A DNA stretch of 63,785 bases, filler included, from Octopus bimaculoides (taxonomy: Eukaryota): the NCBI RefSeq assembly GCF_001194135.2. It is 12 parts of 8 records of this genome, joined end to end, with 100 filler letters (N's around TTAATTAATTAA, not from the genome) between each part and the next. Parts side by side here need not be neighbours in the genome. Positions count along the whole stretch, not along the records: positions 57,630 to 62,513 come from NC_068987.1; positions 62,614 to 63,785 come from NW_026391219.1; 10 more parts are not named here. The stretch is one strand, 5' to 3'. This document shows, piece after piece, positions 60,848 through 63,785 of the stretch. Numbering within the stretch: position 1 is the stretch's first letter; each line of letters starts with the position of its first letter. The position numbers and the translations under genes are program-made. The notes below the pieces were generated by a model. The model saw nothing but the letters and a program-made list of their open reading frames with translations. It made no database searches and was not told the DNA's origin.

Positions 60848-62513
60848 CATATCATAGCCATCAGCGAGACTAGACTCCACAGCCCGCGGGTCCTCCAGCA
60901 CATGTTCGGCGGGCATTTCAACATTTATTTTCCCCCGTGTCTGCTGAGAATGGGCGGAGGTGGCACCGCGGTGCTTCAGAAGAGTCTGGACCTCAAAGTA
61001 AGACCAATTTTCCTAGACCCGGAGGGTAGGCTGGTCGTCTTGGATGTCGATAGCAGTAATAGGGGTGTTTTTCGACTGATAACAGTTTATGTACCGTCCT
61101 TAACAGGTCGACCAGATTTCTTTCGACGTCTAGAGGTCTTCCTGGGAACGTCTCGATCTTTACTCTTAGTGGGGGATTGGAACGCTACCCTGGACACGCA
61201 TCTAGACTACGTGAGCAGAGATAGTAATAGGAAGGGATGTAAATGCCGCAAAGACCTGCTCATACGTTTCTAACAGTCTGACAGGTACCGACTGGGCCAC
61301 CCCAATGTGCCAATGTGGACATAGAGCAACCACATCGGGTCTTCCAGATCGTATTTAGATAGATCATTCTGTAGGACAGTGGATAAGGATAGTGTAAGTT
61401 GTCCACAATTCCATATAGTCAGCTACACAGATCACAAATTTGTGACCTATACACTTGATTTAGATAAGACACATAGGCAAGGTCCCGGTTACTGGAAGCT
61501 GAACGCGTCGTTCACGGCACGCCAGGCTTACAGGGACCGGATTAGCACATTAGTTAAGAGAGCACTGATGAGTGTCATCGTAAACAATAGATGGTGGTAT
61601 GCCCTAAAGAAAGCAATTAAAGCAGAATCGGTTAGGTACAGTAAGTCCCTAGCATTAAACAAAAATAGAATAGAGGGAGACCTAGTTAACAAATTAGAAG
61701 AGGCACTCAGAACTGGCATTGCGTCCAACGTACAGACGGCGAGGTTGGCCCTCGACCGACACTTTAACGCCAAACACGAAGGATGCGTTGTCAGACCTAG
61801 GATGCGTGCTCTGAGGAACGAAGGAGTTGAAGCCGCCCGAGTGGCAGAGGCGCAACGAGGCAACAAAACCACCATTAGGTCCCTGAGAGATAAGCAGGGG
61901 CGCGAATTACTTGAGCCTGAAAGGATGCGTGAGGCCTTTCAACAACACTTTGTCCGACTGTTCGGGACGACTGGGGGTCAGAACCCAGAGTGGTATATAG
62001 TGCCTACCTGCATAGCCTCCCACGACTCTTCGTCAATACGTACAGCAGAAGCTGGCGACGCTGAGGGGCAACACGCGAGAGCTGGGATGCGGGAGGAGTG
62101 CGTCTGCATATGCGGACGACGTTACCGTCAAAGTGTCGAGCCACAGGCATATCGACCTGGTCAGCGAGACACTAAAAGAATACGAAGCGGTAACGGGAGC
62201 AAAAATTAACCGGGAAAAGTCAGTGGGCTTGCGGCTCGGCACCTGAAGAAGCAAACTCATGCCGTCCAACAACGTCTCCATCGTGGGACGCTGGACCGAT
62301 GGACCGGTTAAATTGCTCGGAGTCTGGTTCGGTCCGGACCTCCAAATGGCGAAGAACTGGGACGAGATAACGACTAGGGTGGCCACTCTCACCCAGCAAT
62401 GGGCCGAGAGGAAGCTATCCCTAAAAGGTCGAGCGGAGGCAGCGAACGCGTACATCGCATCTGTCATCGATTACCGTCTGACTGTAGTGCCTTGTCCCGA
62501 CCCTACCATCACC
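60848..62513 (+). mobile_element. Tx1-clade LINE ORF2 (APE endonuclease plus partial RT), defective
   Basis: IIAISET, GRLVVLDV, LLLVGDWNATLD, TDHK, GPGYWKLNAS, SAYADDVTV, GAKINREKS, KLLGVWFG, LSLKGRA. Stops are present and the central RT motifs are missing. Confidence 0.9.
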
Positions 62514-62878
62514 NNNNNNNNNNNNNNNNNNNNNNNNNNNNNNNNNNNNNNNNNNNNTTAATTAATTAANNNNNNNNNNNNNNNNNNNNNNNNNNNNNNN
62601 NNNNNNNNNNNNNTATGTAGATTCCGAATATACAAAAAATTCCGGTGAAAGTGTTTTGGAATGAGGGATGGGTGGACAATTTTCGGAAATTCCAACAGAG
62701 TCCACTTAAATTCCTCTTAACTTCCAGGAAAATTAATATTTTTTCGTGAAAGTTTCTACAAATATACCTTGATGTATGTACATTTCGAGCATGTAGGAAT
62801 TTTGAAGGAAACAACTGCAGGTTATTTTTGAGAAGTGTTCCCCACTCGGTGGTGTTTCGGAGCAAGTCGTCCATAATT

Positions 62879-63121
62879 GTTTCATTTTCTCTATTATGTG
62901 CGTATGTGCATCCGTAGATTTCTAATGAAGTAATACGCTGCTTCTGTTCTCTTCTATTTCTCTACTAAAAACGTTTACTTTGGAATTTACTTCTATTGAG
63001 AAAAAAGAAGTCGTGTGCATGTTATTTTTAACATAAGTTTTCTTATGACGGCTTCTCTTTTCTGCTTATTACTACATTAGAAATCTACGGATGCACATAC
63101 GCACATAGAGAAAAATGAAAC
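62879..63121. mobile_element. MITE-like foldback (about 243 bp, about 55-bp TIRs)
   Basis: TATGTGCGTATGTGCATCCGTAGATTTCTAATG versus CATTAGAAATCTACGGATGCACATACGCACATA. No clear TSD. Confidence 0.85.
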
Positions 63122-63547
63122 TTTTCTGAAAGTTATGACCTTCCAAAGTCTGAGGGGGAGGGCACAACTCTATAGTTATGACGTCGCCTGTCATATGCTG
63201 TCATTTTTTGGATTAAAACAAAAACAATTGAATGAATCGTTGAAAATTTAACGAGCATACAAGTTGCAGAGACTCACATATAAATACACAAATGGAATAT
63301 CAATCAGATTTTATGAAATATTTGTATAATATTGTCCCCACTCCTGGTTACTATTGTAAATTGGTTTGCTTCGAATATTTTCTGCAAAATTTCGTATTGT
63401 AAAGTTGTCGTCTTTGGGAAATCTTAGCCAATACACGAAACACTCAGGTTTTGACTTACTCGCTAACTTCTTAAAATCTCATCAAACTCAGAGCTTTTGA
63501 CTAACTCTCCAACTTCTGCCGATAATATGTATATATATGTACATATA

Positions 63548-63710
63548 CTCTTTTACTTGTTTCAGTCATTTGACCGTGGCCGTGCTGGAGCACCGCCTTT
63601 AGTCGAGAAAATCGACCCCAGGACTTATTCCTTCTAAGCCTTCTATTGGCTTCTTTTTGCCGAATCGCTAAGTTACGGGGACGTAAACACACCACCATCG
63701 ATTGTCAAGA
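63548..63710 (-). mobile_element. Family B SINE 3' domain
   Basis: TTGTTTCAGTCATTTGACCGTGGCCGTGCTGGAGCACCGCCTTTAGTCGAG matches 17243 onward. Confidence 0.85.
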
Positions 63711-63785
63711 AACTGTTTTTCATTTCTCCCCTTCGTGAATATATTTGTGGTTTCATGAGTTACAATTTTGAGACAATGATTTACC

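Overview
AT-rich eukaryotic genomic DNA, dense in microsatellites and N-gaps. It is most likely an octopus draft scaffold; this is inferred from the tRNA-derived SINE families and from the artificial TTAATTAATTAA spacers inside the gaps. Most ORFs in the supplied track are microsatellite or gap artefacts, or transposon debris. Two host genes are recognisable, and the ORF track misses both. The first is a complete 37-aa OST4 micro-ORF (+, 44117-44230) with flanking splice sites and an intron in its 3' UTR. The second is two spliced exons (-, 32470-32366 and 31939-31877) of a DD3-3-like protein whose other exons I cannot find. The rest is decayed mobile DNA: a full-length mariner, two DD37D/maT-like elements, a Buster-type hAT, several restriction-like-endonuclease (R4/Dong-like) LINEs lodged in microsatellites, RTE, CR1, Penelope and Tx1 fragments, and more than 20 SINEs. 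The most unusual features are (i) a TIR-bounded element filled with degenerate telomere-like hexamers (47166-47452), (ii) a dense cluster of unrelated foldback or inverted-repeat elements at 51.5-57.5 kb, including a CCHC zinc-knuckle ORF1 split by an inversion, and (iii) several isolated strong hairpins. No prokaryotic system or CRISPR array is present. Repeat boundaries were set by eye and are approximate.
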